Part shown: one piece after another, positions 26,101 through 43,390 of the stretch
How the letters are laid out: each line of letters begins with the position of its first letter
Position numbering within the stretch: the stretch's first letter is position 1
Assembly: GCF_052425735.1 (NCBI RefSeq)
Contig: NC_135769.1
Span: 16,740,001 to 16,804,000, forward strand
Length of the DNA stretch: 64,000 nucleotides
Reading direction: 5' to 3'
Source: Oculina patagonica
Taxonomy: Eukaryota
The notes under the pieces: model-generated
Seen by the model: only the letters and a program-made list of their open reading frames with translations
The model's database searches: none
What the model was told of the DNA's origin: nothing
Translations under genes and position numbers: made by a program

Positions 26101-27331
26101 NNNNNNNNNNNNNNNNNNNNNNNNNNNNNNNNNNNNNNNNNNNNNNNNNNNNNNNAAATTACCCCGCTATGCCGGACGGCGAGCTAGTACTTTAAAGTCC
26201 TAAGATTAAATATTGATTCTTTGAACTGATTGTTCTCATACATTGAATTCTGTTATACAAATTTATTATTCAACGCATTGTCATGATGCCCATATATGGT
26301 TAGGAAGCTAGCCGTCATCTGTACCTAACAGATATCCTGCGATATACGTAGGTTGCCAAGGATTGTTTGAACTCTTGCAAGTCTTCCATGCAAACTTTTT
26401 TGCAGGATAATTGTTAAGTATTGGTAGTTGTTAGATTTTGTGGATCTTGAATATTTAGTTTTATTAAAAAACAAGCCATGGTATATTGCAATTCTTAAAC
26501 TTTAATTGGTTTACAGCTCATATACCATGGACCACGGATAGCTGATATATCGGATTCCCACTCTGCAATCATGTAAAGCAGTTGTAATTAGTTTTAGTTT
26601 TTTACTTGCGCTTAATTAACTGATGATTTTCCGTGTTAAAATAAAGTTTTACATTATATTACATTACATATAGTAGGTTTGCGGGTCAGCGAACACAGGT
26701 ATATTTTCAACAGTAACTTTTTTTTTTAGGCCCAGAGGAAAGAGAAGTTAAAACCAGAGAACGAATTTCAGAGGAGTTCATTCCAAAGTCTTCAACAATG
26801 TGCCAACCTCAGAAAGGAGATACCCTCGTTGAACATTCTAAAAACATCTACAGTGAAATATTTGAAGATGCTGATGCTTTCCCTGCAAGTGAATCTAATG
26901 TTGGAAGTTTGACTGAGCTGAAAGATCAACCAGATACCACCAGAAATGTGGGAAACAAGGTTCCTTCTAATGGGGTTCCCTCAGAAGGGGCTCCCTCAGA
27001 TGGACCTTCGTCAGATGGCCCTCAATCAAACAACCTGGACACCACAGAAGACTGGGATAAGGAAATACAAGATTCCTTGGCCTATAATTTAGTGCTGGAG
27101 ACATTTAAAGAAAGGAGCTATAACAAAGTATATTTTCAGAACCAACTGCAAAACTTGCTCTACTCTTATCCTCCTGCTTCTCAAGCTTTCACCAAGACTG
27201 CAAACTATGTTTCAGCCATATATTCGTCCCCTGTGCCACCCCCATGTCATAATCAGCCGTCATGCCCAGCAGATACTGAGCAGTTTGATGATGCTGATGA
27301 GGATGGTTGTATGGAGTTCAAAGCTATTTGA
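23182..27331 (+). CDS. LRR protein (~19 LRRs) with acidic tract, UIM-like helix and COPR5-like C-terminus, ~753 aa. Exons 23182-24841 and 26730-27331; the intron contains two N gaps.
   Basis: Regular LxxLxLxxNxLxxLP repeats. Donor GAAG|GTAATT and acceptor TTTTAG|GC join in phase 1 into the 26798-27331 ORF frame. Confidence 0.8.
24917..25125. other. Assembly gap (N run)
   Basis: Run of N. Confidence 1.
25929..26155. other. Assembly gap (N run)
   Basis: Run of N. Confidence 1.
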
Positions 27332-27536
27332 CTCTGGCACATTGTCGAAGGTAAGCTAATGTTAGAGAGTGGGGCTTGGAATTCACTTCCTTGCCCATGA
27401 TGATGTTAATTTGCTAACTATAGTCAGCCTTCCACCAACTGAAACTCTTACTTACATGTATATACCGGTATGTTTTTTACTGTGCACTGCAATTTAAATC
27501 AACAACCACATCAGCTATCATGCTGCAATATTCATC

Positions 27537-27670
27537 NNNNNNNNNNNNNNNNNNNNNNNNNNNNNNNNNNNNNNNNNNNNNNNNNNNNNNNNNNNNNNNN
27601 NNNNNNNNNNNNNNNNNNNNNNNNNNNNNNNNNNNNNNNNNNNNNNNNNNNNNNNNNNNNNNNNNNNNNN
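27537..27670. other. Assembly gap (N run)
   Basis: Run of N. Confidence 1.
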
Positions 27671-27742
27671 TAATGGTCTGATTCAAAATCAAAATTGCAC
27701 TTTTGATAGCTGTCATCCTGAATTTTAAATCCATAGTTTTAA

Positions 27743-28068
27743 TACTGTTGCTTGCATCTAAGCGTGAACACTTGCCGCCAAAACATGATCTTATTGGATA
27801 TTTAAGGTGGCATGATTCAAACGTTAAAGTTTAGCAGACTGTAATGGCAACTTTCATACTCAAAGAATTCACCATAAATATTGAGAATGGACGAAACTTT
27901 ACACTTATTTTTCAGAAGTCTCTTGGCACGAAAGAAGTCTCTTTGGCAAGAAAGTTGCCGTTACGGTCTGCCAAACCTCAACTTTTGATGAAAAAAATAT
28001 GTACATTTAATAACCAATTAGATCATGTTTTGGCGGCAAGTGTTCATGCTTAGATGCAAGCAACGGTA
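27743..28068. mobile_element. TA-flanked MITE, same family as 11684-11990
   Basis: Long TIR GCTTGCATCTAAGCGTGAACACTTGCCGCC and internal homology to the first copy. Confidence 0.8.
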
Positions 28069-30918
28069 TTAGAGTTGCATGAATTGTTTTTTTGTTATTA
28101 ATAAAATTAATAATGTAGTTTGTGCATACTGACCGTTATCATTATCAGGTCAAATAATATTAATTTTTATTGTTGTAAAAACTTTAACAAAGATCTTGCT
28201 TGTACCTGTGCTATTGTCATCAGTCCTCAATTATGTCATGGAATGCATAAGGTCACATACAAGTCATGCCATTTGTTTATTTAATTATTTGTTTGTTTAT
28301 TTATTTGTTGGTTGTTGTATGTTTAACTTTTCAAATGATGCTTAATTATGAGCTTATTGAAATCTCCACAGATTTTAAGTCATCTTAAACTCAAGTTGAG
28401 GACCCAGTGAAGTGAACCAAGATTTGCTTGAAAGGTGTTAATGTGTAATTGGAAGAATAAATTCATCAGATGAAGGCATTGTTATTGCAAGATAAAGCAA
28501 GCAAAATTATAAGTCTGGGCATTTTTGAAGTGTTAGGTTAGGGAGATTAAAACACAAATTTGTCGTACTTGGCTTATGTGCAAGGCACTGAACATTACAG
28601 TGTATTCTCTGTAACCACAATATTGTTATGTCATCCTAAATTTTGTCATGTTGCAGTATGTTTTTGTTCTACAACTGAAATGTTATTTTTGTTATAACAA
28701 AATTTATCACTGTTGACAGCATTTCCTAATCAGTAATTAATTGATTATTATTAATATTGCCAATGTAACAATGTTTAATTCTTCATTAAAGAGTGTAGAA
28801 ATCCTTGAAAATAATAATTATGTGATTGATTGTTTTTCAAAAATAAAGTTACAAAAATTTATGGCAATATTTACCTGGTAACCAAATATTTTTTTTTTGA
28901 GTTGTACAATAACATTGTTTTTTAAAAAGACTTAGTAGTAGCCTATTTAACAAAAACAAAATGCAAAACTTAATTTCAATAATTTTAATGGAGTGGTAAT
29001 CGTCAGCTGAGGGTATAAAAACATGCATGAAAAGACTATATTGTTTGCTTCAAGAAAATTAGGGCAAGAGGTTAAAATTAATATAAGGGATTACAATTAT
29101 TGGCAATTTTACAAGGCAGAAATCGGGAAATGACACTTCAAAGAACCGATATCTGGGAAAGAAAATCAAGTTGTTGTCTTCAAGAACATTAGAATATGCT
29201 GCATAAAGTACTGTTTATTATGGCTTGCATGTGCCAGTCACATGGCTATTTAACGATGTTTTGCACCCAAGGAAGGGGCCTTTTTTCTTTGTCTTAAGGA
29301 ACTTTAAAAATATGGTTGGAATTGGAATAAACTGATAAAAACCGTCTGGATGGCAGGATCTGCCTCGTCCCAGGCGTCCTCCTCCTTGGTAGGCATGGTT
29401 CGCTTGGTGTTGTGGGACTGACGTACATGGTTCGCTTGGCGTTATGGGCCTGATGCGACCATCAACCCCCGTGCTCCTTGTTTTCCCGCCTTACCCCCAT
29501 TGCCGTCCGGCCGACCAACGTCTGGAGACGAGGCAGTGGCAGCTGGATTATGCAGAACCCTATTGGGTACCATCTGTTCACACAAAACCTTTTTAATTTT
29601 TACCTGCATCATCCTACTACCACCTATTAAGCGGTCACTTTGCAAAGTCCCTATTTATTTGTCAGTAAACTGCTGCATTTGATACCTCTTCTTTTTCTTT
29701 TCTTTTTTTTTAATGCATATATTAATTACATAGGTACTACAGATAAATACATATTTACAACGGGCTATTTACTTACCACCTGTGTTAAGCGGCAGCGGCC
29801 ACCTTTTTTGCTGTCGTAAGTATATTATTTATAAGTTTTTTTTTACCTCCTGTCCATTAATGGGCCAGCAAACTATCTTTCCGAGCAAAATGGTGACATG
29901 AAATAAGGTGATAACTGATACCATACTAACTGTTGATGCAAAAAGGCCTATGAAACTTGTCAACAATGTTTTGCATATTTTTCAGCACATTATCAACCCA
30001 GAGAAATACAATACATTTCAACTACGTGCCCTTTCGTGTTAGAGGTAGAACTATGCATGGGCTAGAAATGCACTTGATGTTTTCTTTTGTTACAATGCAT
30101 TTTGGATTTATCTTCATAGATGTTCACTTTTTAAAAGCATTTTGCTATATAGAGTCAATAAAATCATGTTTACTGCTTTCCTATCCAATTTATACTGTAC
30201 CTCTATTAAGCGGCCACCTTTCAAAGTCCCGAGGGTGGCCGCTAAATAGAGGTCGGACTGTATACAATTTTCATATGAAATTCACCTTTTAAGAAGGGAA
30301 GGGGGGATAAGTCCAGTTCTGGCCCCCTCTCCCTCTCTGTCATGCAATGTCACGCAACGTTGCGTGACAGAAAGAGAAGGGGTCAGAGCTGGACAACAAA
30401 TAGGATAAGTACTGTATTAATTAATTGAGATGTGGTCAATTTATTTAATTCTTGGTCATCCTCTCTTGTTGGCACCCAACTGGTGTGAAAAAATTTTGAA
30501 ACCATTTATAATTTACTTCCGGCGCGAATTTACTGTTCATCAGCGGTTTCTCTCAACAGCCAATCAGATTGCTAGTCGTTCTCAGTGGCTATTTTTAGCT
30601 TGCAAGTCTCTTCCGATCGCACTTTCGACTTCGAATAGTTTAAAATCGGCAAATTAGTCGCAGAAAATCATAATTTCCTTGCAGAAGATAATCCATTTAC
30701 TTTCAGCATTCTCGTTTCTGTAACTCTGAATTCGCCTGGAATTCGCTCGTCGACTCCAAAATTAGACATGATTTTCGTTTCCGGGGGAATTTTTTCTGAG
30801 AAAGCCAGATCAGCGAAACTTTAGAAGCTCTATAAAGAGAGCAAGCGTGGACCCTTGAAGCAGAGGAGAGCTTTTGATAAACGTATAACTTGTACACTGT
30901 GGACAGTCCAGCTTTTAC

Positions 30919-31488
30919 ATGGAGCGACTCGACGGCTTGGTGTTGGGACATATAGTAAGTTTTCTCGATCCAGAAGACATAGTGCGTTTAGGAAGAACAT
31001 GCAGACACATGCACGCATTGATGCCTCAAGTAAAACTTACCACGGAAACGTGGAATGGGCCAGACTTTCACATCTTCGGTCCTAGGGGAGGACATTGGAA
31101 GCCCGAATTGTATTTTGACGGACCGAAACTTTCCAGCATGGTAAAAGAACTGCAGCTCTCAGTTGCGTGGCAAGACCAGGGCTGGGGAAACCGGAAAGGA
31201 GAAATTTACATGATGTTGATGCGACCGGTTCAGAATGGCGAACCAGAGGAGATTGCAAAATACCCAAGATTGTTTGGCATCGCAGAGCACTACGAAAAGG
31301 AGGCACATACAGTAATTGCCGCAGATCATCCTGTTGTTGCCAAAGCCAAGGCGAGAGATTTTTACAGGTTTATGAGAAATGCTGGCGGCGGAGGAGGGCA
31401 TCAACTAAAGGCCAAGAACTTCCGCGTCAAGGCTACTGTATGTACAGTGGTGTTTGACTCAATTCCTAGCTCTACTCTGGGAGAGTAG
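30919..31488 (+). CDS. Single-exon F-box protein with a C-terminal DQGWGN(R)KG domain, 189 aa
   Basis: N-terminus LDGLVLGHIVSFLDPEDIVRLGRTCRHMH fits the F-box consensus. TATA-like TATAAAG at ~30830. The C-terminal domain is conserved in the paralog at 35861-36190. Confidence 0.8.
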   Translation: MERLDGLVLGHIVSFLDPEDIVRLGRTCRHMHALMPQVKLTTETWNGPDFHIFGPRGGHWKPELYFDGPKLSSMVKELQLSVAWQDQGWGNRKGEIYMMLMRPVQNGEPEEIAKYPRLFGIAEHYEKEAHTVIAADHPVVAKAKARDFYRFMRNAGGGGGHQLKAKNFRVKATVCTVVFDSIPSSTLGE

Positions 31489-34400
31489 GGCTATACAGTA
31501 GTGATGTGAAAAAACTTAATTACGAAATAACAGCTTTATAAGAACACTGGATTAAATGAACTTCGTACTAGCTACTAAAAAGAGCTAATGCAAATGAAGT
31601 TTCTGACGTGCCTCTGACCTGACAAATGTAACAGCTTAGGTACTCCAATATGACATGTCAGGTCACTGTCTTGATTATAACCACAATAAGGGGTGGGGGG
31701 AGCTCGCATACAGTTAAATGCAAGAGGTGTGATATGCACCTATCAATTATGTTAAGGTGGGGGGGGGGGGGCATAGGAGGAGCATTTGAACTAAGGTGAG
31801 ATTTTCTGTTCAAATGCCCCACCCCAGGGCATCTGCGGATGGTCGAATAAGTCACCAAACTTAGGGGTATCGAATGGTCTTTGCAAGCATTTGCGAGCAT
31901 GCGAGCACAGTGTTTTTCTTTGCGAGCATGAGCATTGACAAAAGTTAGCCTTGTGAGCAACAGGCACTTTTCAAAAAACTACCTCCACTAAAAACCGAGT
32001 ATGCGAGCACTTGTAAAAATATGCGACCACATGCAAACGAGAACCCACTAAAATCTTGCGAGCATTCCGAGCAGAAGCCTAATTTTGCAAGCACTGCAAA
32101 ATTTTGATGGACCATTCATGACCTCCAAACTTTAACAAAATTCTGTTATCTAGATTGGTCATAAGTCGCCACATAGCGTATTCAATTGCTATTAATCCCC
32201 CTACCTGTGCCTGGCCTCCCCCCTTGCAGCTTAACATTTGATAGGTGCACTACAGCGGCTCCTTTCAAAAATTTAATGGAATCTTGTTTCCTGGGGTAGG
32301 AAGGGTAAGGGGGCTCAAATTTGTTTTCACCCTTAGTTGTGAGGGCTGGTGCAAAAAGGAGGAGGGTCAATGATTTTTTGCAGGGAAAAGGGGGGGGGGC
32401 ACATAAATTTATGTCGCATATTAGGGACGTTAAGGGAGTGACTGAGTTAAAGAGGGGGGAGGATCGGCAAAAAATGTGCTTCATGAAAGGAGAGGGGCAG
32501 GAGAATTTGAACATAGCTACCCTCCATTTGTACCAGCCACCCCACCTAAAGATCGCTAAATAATGACTGATCCCTTACTCCAGCAAAGTGGAAGCAATTC
32601 ATGGTCTGAGCAGTAGTTCTAATAACTATAATGGTTGTTATTATAGATACAGCAACCATTCCAGTTAGTTACTTTTGCATGGGAGCTTGAGGGAGGGTTA
32701 AACCAGCTTGATTAAAGACAGTCTTCATTAATTAGCTTTGTCATAATTTATACAACACATAATATATCCTGTTTTTCAACAATGCATGGGTTTAGTCAAA
32801 AGATATTAAAGATATTGATTGAACATCTTAACTAATACCACTGACCCTTAGGGTTGACCAAACAAGATTTGTAAAAGTATGGTAGTTTTAAATGTCCAAC
32901 CATCCCAGCATGAACTGCAGGGTACGAGGGAGTGCGGAAAAAAGTGGAAAAAATACAGGAAAAAATACAGGAAAAATAGGAACATTCTAATAACAGGTGT
33001 CAGGAGTATTATAATGAACACACATTTATTTTCTGTTGATTGTAATACTAAGGACATCTTTTATGACTAAGCAATAAATTACTGTCAGGATATATTAAAT
33101 AAGGTGAAACAGCCTTGTGGGGTCCTTTGTACCTAAAAAGCTTAGATTAATCTATTTAACTATTAGACTACGAGCCCGAGTTTTCTATGAGCGAATAGTC
33201 AACGAGGCGCAGAACTGAATATCTATAAAAGTGTTAAGTATCTAAAATTGTAAGTAGATGAAGATTTCAACTATTATCTTATATCATGATGATAATACAT
33301 TGTTGCTAGTAGTATCCAAATAAAAAATATAGCCCAGATTTTTCCTATGTAAACATTTTGAATACATTTTACGTTTGGCTCGCCAGCCAGTCAGGACATG
33401 TAAAGCATGCACGAAACCAGGAGGGTCAAGTTTTAGCTGTGTTAAATTGGTAACTTTTTTCATGTAAATGTGCAGTAAAAGATGGCTCAAGGAGAGAGGG
33501 TAACCCTCTTACCAGGGACAAAATTTCTCTATATAAACAAGCCCTTATGTCACTGGAGCCTCCTCTCTCCTCTCTCCCCCCCCCCCCCCCCAGAAGCATG
33601 GGGTATTAGCCATTGGGCAGAAAGAAATGAGAATAATGCCCACCATGCAGAGGTCATTTTCTGGCAAACCCCCACCAAATAAGGATGTCAGCCATGAAGT
33701 ATATTTAAGTGTAGCCTGTTCCAGGCTCTCGGTATACGTAGTTGAAAGGGAAAGCGAAAAAGGGGGGAGAGAGAAAAAAAAGGGGGGGTTAAGTGGAGTT
33801 GTTTCCTTTCAAAGGGGCTATGGGGGGCATACAAGGGGCCCCCCCCCCCCAACCCAGAAAATTTTGAAAAATAGAAGCATCTTGAATGTGTTTTTGATAT
33901 ATAATATAATATGATCCTGTTTGAAAAGTTTGAGTTGATTTAGGTGCTCTTGTGGCAATTTGTTCAAAATCAAGGGGGTGCTACAAAAACCTTTTTTAGG
34001 CCCCTTTTGAAATTTGGCTCATGGACTACAGGTAACTTTATAAATGCATTTTTCGACTGTTTTGCTTTTTAAAGTAAAATAGTAAGACTAGTGGACAATG
34101 AAGGCACTCTCTTACCGAATTTTTGTAAGCTATTAAGGGATTGTTTTAATTACTCAATGTAATATTTTATTTTTTTAAAGGGAATACTTTTAGCTGTGGG
34201 CGATAAAAACGACACTCAATAGGAATGCGTCAGCACTTCCGATCCCGAAGTGTTATCTATTGAAAGCAAGATAAGTAAAGTTCACTTACCTTTTGCTGTT
34301 TGTGTTTTGTTTTTTCGATTTGATGTGTTTGTTAGCTTTGGAAAGCATTTGCTCGATGGTTGCTTTCGGCCTCAACAAACGAAAAAGTCGAAAAAGGTAC

Positions 34401-35579
34401 AAGGTAGGCAATTTTGATGGCCTGTCCGTGTCGAGAGTACAGTCTATATTTTTTTCCATTTTCACGCTTCGCTCGCGATCTATACGAAGGTATTTTTCAA
34501 AGATATCTGTCATTTATGGATTGAGTCGCTTAGTTTTAACATGCTGAAAAGCTGCTTCGAATCCTCATTGTCGGAGGGTATTGGCCAATGCGATTTTCTA
34601 TTGTTACTGTGACACAGAGATTCTTTAGGCTCGTCACGCAATCCATAAGAACTTTTGTTGTTGTTTGTTGTTGTCGTAGGAGGCTTTCATAATAACGTCT
34701 ATAAATTCGTTAGTCTAAGCATAAATTTGCAGCCAGCCGATAATCACGGCAGCACTGTCATTAAGTCTGTTTTATGTACTTGCTTAACGGCTTAACTGGC
34801 TTTTGCTCGTCGCTTATAAAAGGAAGAGGTCTACTAACGGAAACGGTTTTTTATAAACTGTACCTCAATGTGTCTCTGATGAAATGTAAATAAATAGACA
34901 AAGGTGAAACTCGAGACGCTAACGACAGTTCGCTTGGTTTATGGCTAAGCTGGAATGTGACAAGGGAAATTTCCAGCCAGCTGATAACCAGGAAAATTAA
35001 TCAACTGATAATATTTCTTTTGGAGCAAAGTGGTAGTCAAACTTTAAGATTAGTTTTAACCTGTCGATGTAATGCATCGCAAACAATGATCGCAAATCAC
35101 TTTCGATATTATCATTTCCCCTACTCATACCTCGTGCAAAATAGTCGGTATCTCGAAGAGATCTTTGATTGTAGCAACAAATTTAGACGATTCTTCATAC
35201 CTCCTGAGAAGACATCATGTTACAAGGACTTAAGAATATTTTCGTTGCAATCCAGGTTTTCATCCCTACCCACTTAGGCAAGGCAATGGACTAAAAAGTG
35301 CTAATGCACCACCCCTACCCGCTCACGCAGCGCAATTATACTAATGCCCCACCCCTTGGGCAGGGCAATGATTCAAAGTACCCACAACTCCTCTCCAACT
35401 CCTCACCCATGTCCGTTGCCCCTGGGGGTGGGGGGTGTCCAGTGACACAAGTGCATTAGAAAGGAAAATTAACCAACTGAAAAAGAAACAAAAATTATTT
35501 AATCAGCAAACGAAAGAACAAGTTAATAGTGAAATCTTATACAATGTCATACCAGACCCCGACACCACACCTTATCTAA

Positions 35580-36190
35580 CAGTAAGTACCACTTCGGGCC
35601 ACCTGCAACATAGTAAAAATAAGGGTACATTTCTGCGGAGGGAGATAGGCCCGACCCGAAATTCCCCATAACGGCATTGTATGGAAAAACTTCCGTTCGT
35701 ACGACTCCGGCCCGGGTGAGGAGCGGGGGGGAGGGGACCTGGCGCCCTGCAGGGGGGACGACGGCCACCGGGAGGAAAGTGGGGGGACGTCCGACGAGCG
35801 ACGGGCCGGGGGGGAGCCGGGCCACGTCGAGGAGGGAGCCAGCCGCCAAGAGCCAGGGAATGGCGAGGTCAAGGCTGGGGAAATAGGAAAGGTGAAATTT
35901 TCGTTAAATTAATGAGACCAGAAGCACGCAGCTTTCCATCACCAAACTCCATTTGGGAACCACCTGAAGGTGAACAAATTGAGATAGCAGAGCATCGGCA
36001 ATTGTTTGGCATCGCAGCACATTACTGGAAACGTGATCAAACTGTGATCTGTGATCATCCAGTCGTCACCAAAGCCAGGCCGGGTGATTTCTACAGGTTC
36101 ATGAGGTTTGTTGGAGAAGGAGGCGGTCACGAACTTAAAGTGGAAAAGTTCCGAGTCGTTGCTACAGGATTTAGAATAATATATAATTAG
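35580..36190 (+). pseudogene. Paralog of the 30919 F-box gene; 3' half intact, 5' half corrupted (pseudogene or mis-assembly)
   Basis: WRGQGWGNRKGEIFVKLMRP...LFGIAAHY...DHPVVTKARPGDFYRFMRFVGEGGGHELKVEKFRVVAT aligns with the first copy. Upstream sequence is G/C-skewed with indels but retains KLPFVRL and DGP remnants. Confidence 0.7.
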
Positions 36191-37743
36191 GACAGGCAAT
36201 CAAGGTCCCAACCTCAGGCTGAAACACAGGTTGGCAAGAGTACTACTGCTGAACGCACCCACCCACCCTGAGGTCCTCTTTGCCAAGACCGATTTCAATT
36301 TTTGTAGTTAGTTAGATAGGTAGATAGTCCAGTAACTTAATTGTCTGATGGAAAAACCGTGTGTAAATAAAGTTATCTTAACTTATCTTACCGATCATGT
36401 AGGGTACTCTTCGAGACAGATTATCCATCATTATCTTATTAGGGGTTGGAACAGGGAAGGGGGGGGGGGGAGGGGGTGGAACAGGGGAGGGGGGTGGGGG
36501 CAGATGAGAGAGGTAAGGTTGTTTGTGGAATTTCCTCTCTTTTATATCTGCAAAAAGAATGTGTAGAGGAATCGTCATCTTGTAGGGCATTCAGGGGTGG
36601 GGGATTTTTCCCAGCACAGTTCTTCACAGCTTGATAACAACTCAAAAGAGCAGTGGCAGAGATTATCTGCAGACTAGCTAGTGATCATGTTTGCTACTTC
36701 TCCAGTCCAGTCTTTGGGAAGGAGTGCAGGCTCATTTTCCCAAACAGTGGCATAATTATTAATTCTGTTTATTGAATATTAATTTTTTCATATATGAAAT
36801 GACTCATTAGAGATCATTAGAGACCTTGCGATGATAGGCAAACTTGTAATAATTATTATGTGCAGTTTCAGGAAATATCCATACCCACCCCATGGAAGGT
36901 TACTCCTATTCTGAGGAGGGAGGGGTCTTAAGGCCAAATTTTTAAAGAAAAAAGGGCATACGGTTTTCAGACCAAAAAACCTTTGGTGGGAGGGGAATGG
37001 ATATTTTCTGGAACAACACAATGGAATATTATGTAATATTGTCTATTTAAATTGCCTTGTATCCTAATAACTTAGCATATTTGATTGAATATATGGTATA
37101 TATGATAAAAGTTGTTTTTACTACTGATAAATATATTTTGATGATAACCTCTTAATAATATTTCTAATACTTCTATTTGATGCCTTATGCTTGTGTAGAC
37201 TCCAGGGAGGGGGGGGGGGTACTCCCATAAATTTTGACTAGGGGTGTGCTGCAAAGGTTCTTAAACCCTGACCATATTTAAGGATAAAGAAAGCACAAAC
37301 TAATACCCTTTTAAGGCCAAAACGGAAAACCGAAAAATGACACCCTATTCAAGGGGAGGAGAAGCGTTCTGTGATGACCCAAATAAGTAGTTACTGTTGA
37401 TCATGAGAGGCTCCCTGGATCGAAGGTACACAAACTGCTGCCACTAGTCACTGATCTGTTGAACCAGTATAGTATACATACAGTGAGTGAGTGGCAAACC
37501 ACGCACGGCAAAACACAAACCTTTAAAAAATCACTTTACTTATATTCTTGAATGGATAGTTCAGTTTTGAGATACCTTTTTTTCGGTAAATTTAGGCACC
37601 CTATCTATGTTAAATTATGTGATAAAAATTAATGGGGTTTGCAGATAATAATTAAGTAAAAAAAAGTTTGGATCCAACATGCCCTAACCATGATTTATTC
37701 CTATCAAACAAGAAGTTTCTTCAAATATTATTGTCATTATTAA

Positions 37744-42499
<4,756 letters not shown>

Positions 42500-42636
42500 T
42501 CGATCCTTCCCAGCTTTTCCCGCCGGGCTTTCTGATCTGACTTCTTTGTGTCTTTGTTCGCGGTAGAGGAGTGGTGACGAATATCAGATTTCGCGCACTT
42601 TGGCGGGATTTCTTCAAATTTGCATATTTATACGGG

Positions 42637-43390
42637 AGACTACGAGCAGTCCCTATATTTTCGCAGAGTCCGTCGAGCTTGAAGCGAAATTTTTTTCGAA
42701 GAGTCCGTCGAACTTGAAGCGAAAAAAATTACGCACGGTGGGAGGATGCGGGGCGAGGCGAGAAGCAAAAAAAATATTTTTTTCGCTTCTCGCCTAGGCC
42801 TTTCTCGATTATGCTAGCATTTTTTCGGCATTTTTGGGAAAACGAGCATTTTTTCGATTTTTCTGAAAAAGAATTGTAGCATTTTCGTTTCATGACTGTG
42901 ATCCAGATTCAGTACTGAACTCAGAAGGATAAATAATCCTAAAGTTTCCCAAATTTTGTTCTCGAGTCGAGTTTGTGCGTTGTGTTACTTGTGCGTGACA
43001 CCAACGGAAAAAAGGTATGGGTGGTCAGCGGGTAACCCTCTGCTCAGCCAAGATCAGCGAAGATGGCACGGCCACGAACTGCAGATAGACCAGTCATCAT
43101 CTAAGCAGAGACGATCACTACGTCCACTACAGATCACTGTGATGAGCATGTAGAGTTTGTACGTTTTGTTTGAATAAAGAAGCATTTTGGAATTAAGTGG
43201 CATAAGAAATCAGGCATTATTTTAGCATTTTTTGGCTTATTCGAGAATTTCTAGTAGCATAAATGCCAGTTTTACTAGCATAATCGAGAAAGGCCTATTC
43301 TCGCCTCGCCCCGCCTTTTCCCCCCGCGCGTAATTTTTTTCGCTTCAAGCTCGACGGACTCTGCGAAAAAATAGGGACTGCTCGTAGTCT
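42637..43390. mobile_element. Palindromic MITE carrying a nested hAT insertion (42795-43297)
   Basis: Outer TIR AGACTACGAGCAGTCCCTAT...GAGCTTGAAGCGAAA. Inner TIR TAGGCCTTTCTCGATTATGCTAG with 8-bp TSD TTCTCGCC. Confidence 0.88.

Noticed and set aside
34286-34513. Minus-strand ORF ending at a GTAAGT donor
   Set aside because: No identifiable homology and no downstream exon found.
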